Program-made: the position numbers and the translations under genes
Notes under the pieces: model-generated
What the model saw: only the letters and a program-made list of their open reading frames with translations
Told to the model about the DNA's origin: nothing
The model's database searches: none
Assembly: GCA_013239625.1 (NCBI GenBank)
Contig: MU053379.1
Location: forward strand, 2,958,866 to 3,022,865
Origin: Lama guanicoe
Taxonomy: Eukaryota
Reading direction: 5' to 3'
DNA: 64,000 bases
In this document: positions 52,031-64,000 of the stretch, piece by piece
Position numbering within the stretch: the first letter of the stretch is position 1
Layout: every line of letters starts with the position of its first letter

Positions 52031-55000
52031 CTACAAAACAAACAAAAATTAATAAGATATAAAGAGAAAATAAACAACAAATGACATTACACACTTTCAT
52101 GATAGCCCACAGTACATGCTATATTACTCTATGCAGAAAAGAAAAAAAAAACCTGTTTGTAATAACATAAATATTGCCCTTTATCCTGGACCCCTAGGGG
52201 ACAGTCTCTTTGACTTGCCCCAAGCAAGCTTCCTTTCCTGAATGTTTTAAAGAGATTACTGTTCCAACTTTAATTCTCCCTAAAAGGAAGCAAAAAAGAA
52301 AAGGAAAAAAAGAACTAGTGATCATTGTATCTCACACCCACTGCTTAAATATCACAAGAAGAGTTTCTCTAGGTTTCTCCTTTTTTACCCTCCACTTTCC
52401 ACTTATGTCAACATCACTGGACAGAAACAGAACCGGGAAGAAAGATGGACAACAAAGAGGATGAGAGCTTATGCAGTGGAATAAGGAAATGAGACTGGTA
52501 GCAAGAATTACTTGAAATTAATAGCTAAAAATAAGTTTCAGGATTGTAGTTATGAACCCTTCCCCACTCCCACAAGGTAGATACAATAAAGAACAAATTT
52601 CCGATATACAAGAGTATTTGGCTCATGAAAGCAACTTTTCCCCCAAAGACCCAAAGCAATAAGAATGACCTTTTTTTCACTCCAGAGCAAGTGTTGGCAA
52701 GTCACTCTTGGGCTGTAAGATCCTTGTATTTTTTCTGCAACCACCTTTTTTAAAAATGTAGAATATCCAAGATACATTTCTTGGTATTGATAGTGTGTTA
52801 TTGTTTTACTGTGAAAAATATTCATTCTAGGTTTCTCTAGCCTCCTATTCTAACATTCTGAAAGATTAAGGTAAGGAACTTATATTCAGATCTCCTGAGT
52901 AAGCATCTCTCCAGGTAGCTATGGAAACACTGCCTCCACCACTCGGGCCAGCTCGGGGTTCGGTTTGGTCTTAACTTTCTAACGGGCTCCGCACCATACA
53001 TGTTCATGTCTTTCACTTGTTCCCACTTGACAGGAAAGGAGCGTCTAGGAACCTGTACTGGAAGAGCCACAACAGGTAGACCTGGTCGAACACGGTGGCT
53101 GCAAAGGCAGGACGTCACCTCCGCACATGAGTCCCTCTGAGCGCTCTATCTGCAGGAGCCTGGCTCTGCACCACTGTCCACTTCTCCATCACCTCTCCCA
53201 GCGTCTGCACGGTCCTCATCCCTGGCTAAGTAGAAGTCCCGCAGACACCAGAACACTCCGAAGTACCCCCAGTGCCTGGAGCATGCCCGGAACGCGTAGA
53301 TGCTCAATTAATACTCAGTGAAAGAACTTGGACTGCTTCCTCCCTGTGGAACTGTGACTTTCACAGGTAATCCTGATCTCTGCTACGGTCCTATGTTCAC
53401 ACTGACATAACATATACCTTGTCCTTCCTTAAACGTCACCGAATTACCAACGACATTTACATTAAAATACATTAAAACATGTGGGCATTTTTAAACCCTG
53501 AACCCAGTGAAGTAAAACTCAAACAAACAAAAAAATGCTGTATAATTTGAAAGAACTAATTTTTCAAAATCTGATAAACATAAAATACAAATGTATTTAG
53601 TTATATACTTTTTTGCAAGCCATTCACACTACACGTCTACAAAGAGGAAAACCTAAACCAACCACCCCAGATTGTCTCTAATTACACAGATTAAAGGCAG
53701 TACATAGTTGATCACATACTGAAAACCACTGAAGTAAATTCTCTCCAACATATTTCCATTTTCGACTTCTCCGAGAACATGTGGGCTTGCTGTCTTTTAA
53801 GCCCGTAATTCTAAAAGGTATCTTAAATCTTGTTTTACTATGTGATAATACTGACATGTACTCAAACATCCCTACACACACACACACAGGCCAAATCCCG
53901 TTTAGTGAAAAATACCTACACACTAGGTACGAAGGTTGGCATCTGAAATGCAGAAATTAAACAACTATGAATGAAATAGTTCGTCTTTACTTCCAAGGGT
54001 TGCATGATTCATGGGGAAGAGAGACAGCAAGGAAAGTATCATTCAGGGAAAAAAAGAAGCCTGGCCACAGTCTGTAGGATGCGCTACACAGGTGACGGGG
54101 AAAGTGCCTCACTTCAGCAGGGACTTCGTGAACTGCTTCCTGGAAAAGAGGACACTTGCACTGAGACTTACAAAACTAACTAGTTAGCCGAGAGGAGACC
54201 TGGAACAGAGGAGGAGCATGTGTGAAGGCTAAGAGGCAGACTTGGTGACTTAAAGGAACAGCAACAGGCGGTCAGCTCAGCGGGCAGGTGGTGAGCAGGT
54301 AGGAGACGCGCCCGGAGAGGCAGCGAGGGCGGGCTGATGTTCTCACCGGAGCAGGATATGGCTGGAGGTAAACTTAAGACAGCTGAGAAGATAGGTGAGG
54401 TGTCTCGAAGAAGAGGCGATGGTAGTATTTCCAACAAGGAATGAAGTGGCCTAGACCAAGGTGAGCAGGACAAAGAGGAGAAGCTATAGCAGAGACATCC
54501 GGGAGATAAAGCTGTCATGATGGACACAAGTTGGGTACACAGGGGTCTCAAGAATGATACCCCCGGCCCCACTAAAAAGGGCTTCGTAGGTGGCAAGAAT
54601 TTTATCCAAGATGTTGAATCCAGAAGGAATCCTAGAATTCAAGCATGTTGTTTGGTTCTGGAAATCCTGGAATTTGAGGTGTCAGAGGACTACCTTAGTG
54701 GAGATGCTCTTCTGGGCAACCGGGCATATGGGTCTAGAGGGCAGGGGCAGTGTCTGGGTGGTAACAGAGCACAGGCAGCAGCCAAAGGCGTGTCTACGAG
54801 ATCCTGGGTGAGAGAGCTGAAGATGAAGTGAGATGAAACCCCTGCACCGCCACCGGTGCGCTGAGGTCCTGCTCAGAAGGCAAGGATGGGGAAGGGGGCA
54901 GAAACCAGAAGCAAGTGTGCACAAGTCAAAGGGGAGCCTCCAGATGCACCAGGTGTCTATATGTTTGTTTGATTTAAAGATGAGAAATACTCATGGCCAA

Positions 55001-55232
55001 CTGATATGCACAACCAGTTAGAAAAAAGCTGCTGGGAGACGTGGGGAAGTTGACGCCAATAACAAAGCAACTTCAGTATTAAATCAAGTGGGCCCCATGG
55101 TGCCTCCTGCTGGAGAACCCACAGCCTGTCAGCCAAACACCAAATGCCAGATGGGGTGGGTCCGCCCGAGTGTAAACTGCACAAAGGCAAGGGCTCTCCG
55201 GGGGGTGAGGGGGGATCAAAATAGGTCTTCCC

Positions 55233-56105
55233 CATACAAATGATCAATAGGCACATGAAAAAATGCTCAGTATCACTAATTATCAGAGAAATGCAAATCA
55301 AAACTACAATGAGGTATCACCTCACACCAGGCAGAATGGCCATCATTCAAAAGTCCACAAATGACAAATGCTGGAGAGGGTGTGGAGAAAAGGGAACCTT
55401 CCTACACTGCTGGTGGGAATGCAGTTTGGTGCAGCCACTATGGAAAACAGTGCGGAGATTCCTCAAAAGACTAGGAATAGACTTACCATATGACCCAGGA
55501 ATCCCGCTCCTGGGCTTATACCCAGAAGGAGCCCTACTTTAGGATGACACCTGCACCCCAATGTTCATAGCAGCACTATTTACAATAGCCAAAACATGGA
55601 AACAACCTAAATGTCCATCAACAGATGACTGGATAAAGAAGATGTGGTATATTTATACAATGGAATACTACTCAGCCATAAAACAGACAACATAACGCCA
55701 TTTGCAGGAACATGGATGCTCCTGGAGAATGTCGTTCTAAGTGAAGTAAGCCAGAAAGAGAAAGAAAAATACCGTATGAGCTCGCTCATATGTGGAATCT
55801 AAAAAAACAAAGCATAAATACAGGACAGAAATAGACTCATGGACAGAGAATACAGACTTGTGGTTACTGGGGGGGGGTAGAGGGTGGGAAGGGATAGACT
55901 GGGATTTCAAAATTGTAGAATAGATAAACAAGATTACACTGTATAGCACAGGGAAATATACACAAAATTATGATAAATCACAGAGAAAAAAATCCGACAA
56001 TGAGTGTGTATATGTCCATGAATGACTGAAAAATTGTGCTGAACACTGGAATTTGCACAACATTGTAAAATGATTATAAATCAATAAAAAATGTTAAAAA
56101 AAAAA
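55233..56105 (+). mobile_element. Relatively young 5'-truncated L1 (ORF2 C-terminal Cys-rich region, 3' UTR and poly(A))
   Basis: ORF 55240..55542 (HMKKCS...[25 protein letters not shown]) is the L1 ORF2p C-terminus, with a premature TAG at 55540. TSD core GTCTTCCC at 55225-55232 and 56106-56113. Confidence 0.95.
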
Positions 56106-56621
56106 GTCTTCCCTTTGCAACATATGCCAACACGAACTGGAGGTGGACAACACACAGGAGGGTCTAAATGCGAAAACTAGATTGTGTTTTGTCAAGTTCC
56201 ATTACGTTAAAAGGAAATCAGAAGAGTGGAAAACAGAAGTCAGCTCTCCACAGCATACGGTGACAGGAACCAGTGCAAGCACTGTCCCACCAGCAGGTCA
56301 ACCGGAAGAGCCCGGCGAGGTGCAGAAGGCGCAGGCGGCAGTGGGAACCAGAGCGCCACCTGGAGGCTGCAGGAAAACGTCACAGGCAAGGAGGCTGGTC
56401 CAAGGGGACCAGAGCCTGCAGCTGAGGATGTGGACGAGGGTCTCAGCAGTCAGGTCGCTGCCAAACCAAACGAGCAACTCTGAGCCCTGAAAAAGCACAG
56501 CTGGGATGGGTGGGAGTCTCCAGACTCAAGAGAGAAAGCTTCTGCTCAGGCCTAGTTTTATGATTCTTTTTCTGTCCCAATCAAAATTTATTTATTCCTT
56601 TATTTATTTTTAAACAAACGG

Positions 56622-56990
56622 TCCTTTAAATTCTATAGGACTTTCCGATTTTCAGAAGTTCCGCACACATGATTTCACATGACCCCATAATAACCCTTCC
56701 CCCGACTCCCTCTCCCCACTGGTAACAACGAGTTTGCTCCCTATAGCTGCGAGGCTGCTTCTTCTTTTGTTTTGTTTTGTTTTTTCCGCCAGTTTGTCGT
56801 ATTTCTATCCCACATACGAGCGACACCACGCAGGGTCTGTCTTTCTCTGACTCATTTCACTCAGCGCAGTGCCCTCCAGGTCAGCCATGCTGCAGTAAAT
56901 GTGTGTATTCACATCACATCTCCTTTATCCACTCATCTGTCGATGGATGCTGGTTGCTTCTGTGTCTTGGCTGTTGTAAATAGTGCTGTT
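56622..56990 (-). mobile_element. Older L1 3' fragment
   Basis: Antisense ORF2-end/3' UTR motifs (TCTTTCTCTGACTCATTTCACTCAGC; TGTCTTGGCTGTTGTAAATAGTGCTG). Confidence 0.75.
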
Positions 56991-57079
56991 AAGCTTTGTG
57001 ATTCTTTAACTCACACTTTCTCTTTCCTGAAATATTCACTACGGAGACTAGCTCAGCACGTTTGATAATGACTGATAAT

Positions 57080-57455
57080 CGTTGCAGGCTGGGTTCTCTG
57101 GGAAACAGGCTCTGCGTGCAGTTGGGAGGGCCAACGGTTTACTGGGGAGCAGCGTCTGTAAAAGAGAAACAAGGCGGCAGGGTCTGTCGGGGAGCCCCAG
57201 ACCACCGCACAGAGCTGGCGAGCTGTGCAGGAGCTCCAGAGCACAGACGGCCCATCAGAGGGGGCCCCGCGAGCCTGAGACGGCCAGGCCCTGTGCCACC
57301 GCCTTGCTCAGTCACTGGCTGGGGACGTGCTGGGAGGGGCATGACCGGGGCTGGGAAGCTGAAGATGGCCTTGACAGCTGGGGGCTGCCCGCTGAGCCCA
57401 CTCCCTGCAGCTGGGCCTGGAGGGGGTGAGGGCAGGACTTCTCTGGCAGCCACAG
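57080..57455. mobile_element. Old ERVL LTR (LTR16-like)
   Basis: CAGGCTGGGTTCTCTGGGAAACAG start, GAGCTCCAGAGC and TCAGTCACTGGCTGGGG motifs, recalled from the LTR16 family. Confidence 0.5.
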
Positions 57456-57658
57456 TCATCTTCACGTTATTAATGAGAACACTGTCATCAGATCAAGACG
57501 CGGAAGTGCTGCCGCGGGGACACGGTCTCTGCTGCTTTGTTCTCATCAGCTGGCGGCAGCCCCGCAGAGATGGAAGCCGGGCGCCACGGGGTCCTCGGCA
57601 CATTTTCCGCCTCCTTCCGTCCGGGCCACTCTCCCCGGGATCGGCACAGCAGGGACTC

Positions 57659-58000
57659 CGAGTCCTCTCCTCTCATGCTTCCACCTCCAGGGGGACCTGG
57701 TGTTCCACCTACATCCTGGGATCATCTTCTGATCTCACCTGCCACTTAATCTAAAAATTCCGTACAGCAGGCTCTGAGAAAGTTACAGCTTCAGGACAGA
57801 TCTTACCTTGGACGGGACGCATCCAACCCCTGCGAGTCCTCTCCTCTCATGCTTCCACCTCCAGGGGGACCTGGTGTTCCACCTACATCCTGGGATCATC
57901 TTCTGATCTCACCTGCCACTTAATCTAAAAATTCCGTACAGCAGGCTCTGAGAAAGTTACAGCTTCAGGACAGATCTTACCTTGGACGGGACGCATCCAA
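57659..58000 (+). repeat. Perfect 168-bp tandem duplication with a 6-bp spacer
   Basis: 57659-57826 is identical to 57833-58000. The spacer is CCCCTG. Confidence 0.97.
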
Positions 58001-61000
58001 GGAAGAAAATGGCACCAAACCACGCTTTTCAACTTTCCGAAACACAGACGGGTGTTCTTGACTTAGGATTCTATGCTTGGTGTATAACATGGAGAAATGG
58101 CTTTTTACTATAAAGAGAGGCAAAGGATACAGCAAGAATGTGGTGCATCCGGATGCTTGGATGCCGTCTATCGGCCACAAGAAGTCTCCAACTTGTGCTA
58201 GATCAGGCTACCATCATCGCCACTTCTGGATGAAGGTTTTCAGATTTACAAAATAGATGGACTTTAAAGACACTGAAAAATAAACTCGCTGTGGCTGGGA
58301 CAGAAGATACCAGGTCTGATATTTAAGCCACTAAGAATATTCCCAAACGGACATAATCTGCATGACAACTCAAAGCTGAAACATCACCCACACAGATGCT
58401 GTCTGTGCTCAGATACGGCAAGAACCACTTCCTATGCACTGGTCTCTGAGGGTCAATGAAAACAAAGCTGCACACAAACATCTGTGTGTGAACGCTAAGC
58501 CCGACCCCCAGGAAGCCCCATATGCAGCCTGCCACCGCGGAGGCAGACACAGCACGGCACCCCAGTGCAGGTGTGTCTAAGCCCCGCTCCTGCGAACGCC
58601 GCATCAGCTGTTGACATCTTGTTTGTAGTTTCGCTGGAGAGCAAAATGTAAAAAAATTCAGGAGAGCCACACAGTGTGGATAAATATCACTCTTCTGAGA
58701 AACACAGGGCCGGTGTTAATACTCCGCGCTCAGCTGCGCCTAACCGGTAATCCGGCAGAGCACACTCGAAATCGAAATGAGGTGTTACTGCTGATCAGCG
58801 CATCACGGGGGCTGTCAGCCTTCTAACTCATTATCCACAGTTCCTTTCTCTTCGGAACTGATGGCATGACCAGGAACAATGTGAAACGCAGGCTGGAGTT
58901 TATACAAGATGCAACATTGCACTTTCAAACTGCTGGTCTTCCTTTGATTTGGGCGGGAAGCATTGTTTTGGTCAAATTATTATTACCAGATGATGGCAAC
59001 AGATCCAGTTGGTTCACGTGTGATTTCAAGTCCACGGAGAGAGGAGGAGGAAGAAAACATCCCAGGCCGACTGAGGCAAGGCAATGTACTCAACCGGTGA
59101 CCAGCTACACCTGTCATCCTCGAGTAGAGGACGTGGGGCCACTCTCCGGGGGGCAGCCAGCCTCCTGACACGAGGGTGCGAGGCAGAGAAAACGCTGGCC
59201 AGGGAGAAGGCAGGCAGTGCAGTCTGGAAGAACAGAGGTCTCAGGTACTCAGCCTTCTGAGTAACAAATGTTCAGAAAACGTATGGTGAGAACAGGGCAG
59301 GTGGGCTTAAAGGAGACATTCTGTGAATGCCTGGACCCCTGTGAGCAGGAGCCCGGCGGCCTGGACACTCCGGGACAGGCCTCTGGAGAGGGCAACGAGC
59401 TCCCCGCCGGCCTGGGCCCGGCCACTCCTCTCTTACTAAGAATGACTCCGCTATCTAACGTGGACAAAACATTTTCATTGAATTTTGAGTGTCAACATTT
59501 ATTTGGGACTTGACAACTGAAGAAAAATAGGGCCAAAATAAGGAACTGCCTAATCTTAAAAATAAGATGACTACATTTTTGCTGAAAAAAGTAACGCCTT
59601 TCTTACACCACGTACACTCCCAGTACAGGACAGCACCTCTCTAGTCACTGGCCATGCGGCTGCTGAGCAGGGGAAGCACTGAGTAGGGAAGGCCTTCCTC
59701 ATGCTCTTCAGCCCCGAAGACCAAACTCAGACGTCGCCTCTTGAGAAGGACCCGCTTCAAGCACACCTCTCACCGCATCCCTGGGCAGCACGCGGCTCAG
59801 CTAGACAGGCACCAGGCCCGCTCCACCAGGAGATGCTGGACTTGAGAGAAGGGACCCTCTGTTAGCCACCTTGCGTCCCCGGCACTCCCAGCAGTGGCGG
59901 GCACACAGCGCTTCTTAATAAGCACTGATACAATTTCTTACAATTTCTTAATTTGACTTCTAATTTCTTAATGAGCACTGCATGCACAAATGAATGAACG
60001 AAAAGTGAAAAAAAGGAAGACAGGGAATTCTGATTTGAGTGCTTGTGCACAGACAGACACAAGGAAATGCCCACGGTTAGGGAAGGACCACTCACACTCC
60101 GGCATCACAGACCCTGGTGAGCAGGCACCCGAGAAGGAAAACCGAGAACAGAGCTGCGCTTCCAGACGTCACAGCAAAGCTTAATGCTGGGCTAGGTCAT
60201 CACTCAAAGGGCGGTACTTTCCTTGGTTAATGAAAAAAAGAAAAAATATTTCAAAAGACTTAAAATACAAGGCAAAGCCATATAAAGGAAACATGAGATG
60301 TAAGGAAAAAAAGAGAGGGGGCGATCTAATTCCCCCTCCCGTATTTTAGAAATGGGCCAATATAAAAATGTTGGAAAACCTCATTAAGCCATGAAAACCC
60401 AGAAAGGGCAAAGGATCCCACCTACAAGCAAAACCGAGGCTCCCCTGCTCAAAGCACAGACCGGGGGCATGAGGTGTGAGAGCAGAGCACACTGAGAACG
60501 CGCGGCAAAGGAGACCGTCCTGAAGAGGAATGGATTCCTCCTCCTGAAACACACTTGCTGCAAGAATAGGGTCCTTTCTTAGAAATTCTGATTCACGTTC
60601 TTTTAAGAGGACACAGAATCTTCTTTTCTAAGACCGAGGTAAATAAAAGCAGCAGTGTGAAATCAGAGAGCATCGCAGGGAGATGAGAACACAGAAGGCA
60701 AGGGTCTCGGGGGTCTAGACGGTGGCCGCACAGCCTCCTGCCGTCCCTGTGCCAGGACACGTGCGTCACAAGGCCTCCCCAGGACCGGATAAGCCGAACG
60801 GAGACAAACACCCAGACACTGCACGTTCAAAGCTGTCAGTTCAGCATATAACTAAAAACTCTACACAAATCTGAAAAGAACAAATGGATTATCTGCAAAG
60901 GAACAAAAATCAGGCGGCCTCAGTCTTGCTGTCTGCGACACCAAGCTCCAGCAGTGTGGCCAACGGCTCCTGGCAGGCCACGCCGAGAACACGGGGCCCA

Positions 61001-61485
61001 CGTCACAGATGGAGCAGAGCCCCCGAAGCAGACCAGGTGCCCACTGCTGACTCCAGCATGTGATCAAGATAACTCAACTACAGCTAACAAAATTCAGCAT
61101 TTTGTGGAAAAATGACTATGATGCAAAAAGTATAGAGCCAGCTATATGTGTTTGAAGGCTAAAAAAAGATATTCTTAAGCTGGAAACATGTCAGCCACAT
61201 ACCTCACTACTTCAGCATGCTAAATGGTTCATATTCCAGCAAATACAGAGATTAATCAAAATAATTCCCAAACAAGGGTGCAGGTGCACAAGCACTGTGA
61301 ACACTGAGACATATTTATACCACTGAAATTAATACGGTTATAAAAATTAAACCCGCAAAACCACTAACATCAGAAAATAAATTCTAAAAAATATTATAAT
61401 AAAATAATCTGGATATAAAATGGTTAAAACAAATAAAAAGTGAGAAGTACAACTGACACATGGGACTGAAGTAAAAGCACCAGCA

Positions 61486-61631
61486 GGGGGTGTGGGTGGA
61501 GCTCAGAGGCTGAGCGTGTGCTTAGCAAGCCCAAGGTCCTGGGTTCAGTCCCCAGCACCTCCGCTAAACAAATAAGCAAACAGATAAATAAACCTAATTA
61601 CCCCCCTAAGAAAATACTACACACACACAAA
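61486..61631 (+). mobile_element. tRNA-derived SINE (Vic-1-like)
   Basis: tRNA-like head and CCTAATTACCCCC tail. The 14-bp TSD AAGTAAAAGCACCA lies at 61469-61482 and 61632-61645. Confidence 0.85.
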
Positions 61632-61719
61632 AAGTAAAAGCACCACCAAATACTGCTTATTCTTGATATGGATAATAAAAAGGAAAAAGGTTCAAGTAGC
61701 AGTTTGTTAATTTAAAGAC

Positions 61720-62620
61720 AATTACTGGAATGACAGAAAGTAAAAAGTATGTCTTCCAAATTACAAGGCATCAAGCGGACGTCAAGAATCTCTCGCCCCA
61801 CAAATAAAAGTAGAAAACGAACTTTAATATTAATTATCACACATACAAAAATAATAAATATAAGTAAGTTAAATTTCTCTATCAAAGACCAGGTCAATTA
61901 GAACCGGCTTTCAAACACAGAAAATTAACAATAAAGTACAGGAAATGACGTATCCGGTGCACGTGGGTACAAGCACACAGAAAAGTAGCATCAATATTAA
62001 GTGAAAAGGTTTTCAGGGGGACAAAAGGAATCATTCCAAATAAGCGAAAAAAGTAACTCACAATTAGCTATGACACTAGCAGAACTTTATGAAACTAGTA
62101 ACACAGCAGGGAAGTACAGCAAATACAGAAACTGAGAGGGAAATACAGTTATAGTGGGAGACGTTAATGCACTCAGACAGACAGCACAGCAACAGACTAC
62201 CACACAGCAGATCTGAACAGAGTAAGACTGATGTAATAGACACAAAGAGAGGCAGAGAGAGAAAACGTCACAGACTCTGACATTCACAAAACATTATGTG
62301 AAGTTATTTTTCTAAGATATGTGAATAAAACCCTCAAAGGTGCAGATGCACAGGTCACAGACACACTCACTGCACTGGGGGCCCAGCCCGCCACTGAGAG
62401 TCTGAGCTGAAAATTTTCAACTACTTGGGGGATTTTAAAACACTCTTGTGAGCAACACTCAAGCTTACAAAAAACTCAAACAACTACAATTATACAATGA
62501 GAATTATTATTGTATATTCTATTATTATATAAAAGCTATTGTATAAAATATTCTACAAAAATTAACAATGAGAATGCTGTATAACTGAAATTGGTCAAAA
62601 CTGAAACAGGAAGAAAATCT
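61720..62620 (+). mobile_element. Ancient degraded L1 (ORF2 endonuclease region)
   Basis: A-rich strand. ATAGTGGGAGACGTTAAT at about 62151 encodes IVGDVN, resembling the L1 endonuclease IVGDFN motif. Confidence 0.45.
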
Positions 62621-62693
62621 GTCCATTTTAATTTTCTATAGTAAAAGACACAAAAAAGCAAAACTGAGTTTTTAAGTCAAAAAGCTTTTTAAA

Positions 62694-63470
62694 TGAAAAG
62701 ACAACCTACAGAATGGGAGAAAATATTTGCAAATGATGTGACTGACAAGGGACTAATTTCCAAAATATACAAACAGATCATATGCCTTAATATCAAAGAA
62801 ACAAGCAACCCAATCCAAAAATGGGCAGAAGACCTAAACAAGCAGTTCTTCAATGAAGATACATAAATGGCCAATAGGCATATGGAAAAAAATGCTCAGC
62901 ATTGCTAATTGTTAGAGAAATGCAGATCAAAACTACCATGAGGTATCACCTCACACCAGCCAGAACGGCCATCATTGAAAAGTCTACATATGATAGATGC
63001 TGGAGAGGGTGTGGAGAACAGGGAACCTTCCTACATTGTTGGTGGGAGTGTTGATTGGTGCAGGCACTGTGGAGGACAGTATGGAGGTTCCTTAAAAAAC
63101 TAAATATAGACTTACCATATGTCCAGCAATCCCACTCCTGGGCATATATCCAGAGACAAATAAAATTCAAAAAGACACATGCACCCCAGTGTTCACAGCA
63201 GCACTATTTACAATAGCCAAGACATGGAAACAACCCAAATGTCCATCAACAGATAACTGGATAAATTAGTTACAGTGTATATATACAATGGAATACTACT
63301 CAGCCATAAAAAAGAATAAAATAATGCCATCCGTAGCAACATGGATGGATTTGAAGATTGTCGTTGTAAGTGAAGTGGGCCGGAAAGAGAAAGAAAAATA
63401 CCATATGACATCATTTATATGAGGAATCTAAAACATAATAACAATAATAAGGACACAAATGAACTACTTA
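62694..63470 (+). mobile_element. 5'-truncated L1 (ORF2 C-terminus and start of the 3' UTR)
   Basis: Begins TGAAAAGACAACCTACAGAATGGGAGAAAATATTTGC. Strongly homologous to 55233-55810. Confidence 0.95.
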
Positions 63471-64000
63471 TTGTTTATAACATAGATGATTGATTTCTTG
63501 AACATGTGTGAGCACATGCGACTGTCCTTTATGACTGGATTACCGCCTTCTGTTGATTCTTATTTTGCAGTTGGCTTTATTCCTTGGATAACTATGTAAG
63601 TTTAAAAAACCAAAGATCTAATCTGTTCTTAGAAACAATAATTAGTACCTATATGTAAGTTAAAAAATGTGCAGTATACTGTATATATGTATTTACACTG
63701 CAATATAATGTGTTTGTGCAGGCAAACTGCAATAATTCTACCTAATAAAACTGAAAAAGGAGAAAAAAAGGAAAGGATGTCAACATAATAAAGATCATAC
63801 ATACAAAAAAAAAGCTTTTTAAAAGGTGATTTTAAGGGCAAAATCAATCAAAGATACAAGCAAAGCATTTTTTGTAATCATTAGATCATCTGTAAGTATT
63901 GCAAATCACTAAGCTATAGGCTGGGATTTGACTGGTGGTTGCACACGTAATTAAAACAAATATCCTCTGACTCTTTAATAAATACTCTTATTAAGTGTCC

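Noticed and set aside
55240..55542. 100-aa ORF as a functional gene
   Set aside because: It is a 5'-truncated L1 ORF2 fragment with a premature stop and a downstream frameshift.
57062..57754. Longest ORF in the track (230 aa)
   Set aside because: Runs through an old LTR-like fossil and GC-rich intron, has low-complexity composition and shows no recognisable domain.
60515..60552. FQEEESIPLQ segment loosely resembling RALGAPA2 exon 3 (QREELDSILFLFE)
   Set aside because: Poor match and no fitting donor site. Exons 1-3 appear to lie beyond the window.
1..64000. CRISPR array, prokaryote-style operon or other novel multi-gene system
   Set aside because: No repeat-spacer arrays or long uninterrupted ORFs. 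The window is explained by one spliced vertebrate gene plus interspersed repeats, and the remaining short ORFs reflect high GC content.

Overview
Mammalian genomic DNA, most likely from a camelid, judged by the tRNA-Ala-derived Vic-1-like SINEs and the L1 3' UTR style. The whole window lies inside the RALGAPA2 gene (Ral GTPase-activating protein catalytic subunit alpha-2, AS250), transcribed on the minus strand. I located 13 consecutive GT-AG coding exons (about human exons 4-16; 1936 nt) that join in one open frame from KILQFLPER to VRQKAA, plus a 141-nt symmetric cassette-type exon at 3493-3633. The introns hold SINEs, L1 fragments, MaLR/ERVL LTRs, DNA-transposon fossils, a 32-bp G-rich minisatellite and a perfect 168-bp tandem duplication. 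I found no convincing new multi-gene system. The best leads are the cassette exon next to the Akt/14-3-3 site, a strong AT-to-GC substitution bias, an L1 insertion carrying about 335 bp of non-L1 polyadenylated DNA inside its target-site duplications (TSDs), and an intragenic CpG island with an NRF1 site and an in-frame 75-nt exon candidate. Comparisons with human or mouse proteins and all repeat family names come from memory, not from a search. Repeat boundaries are approximate.
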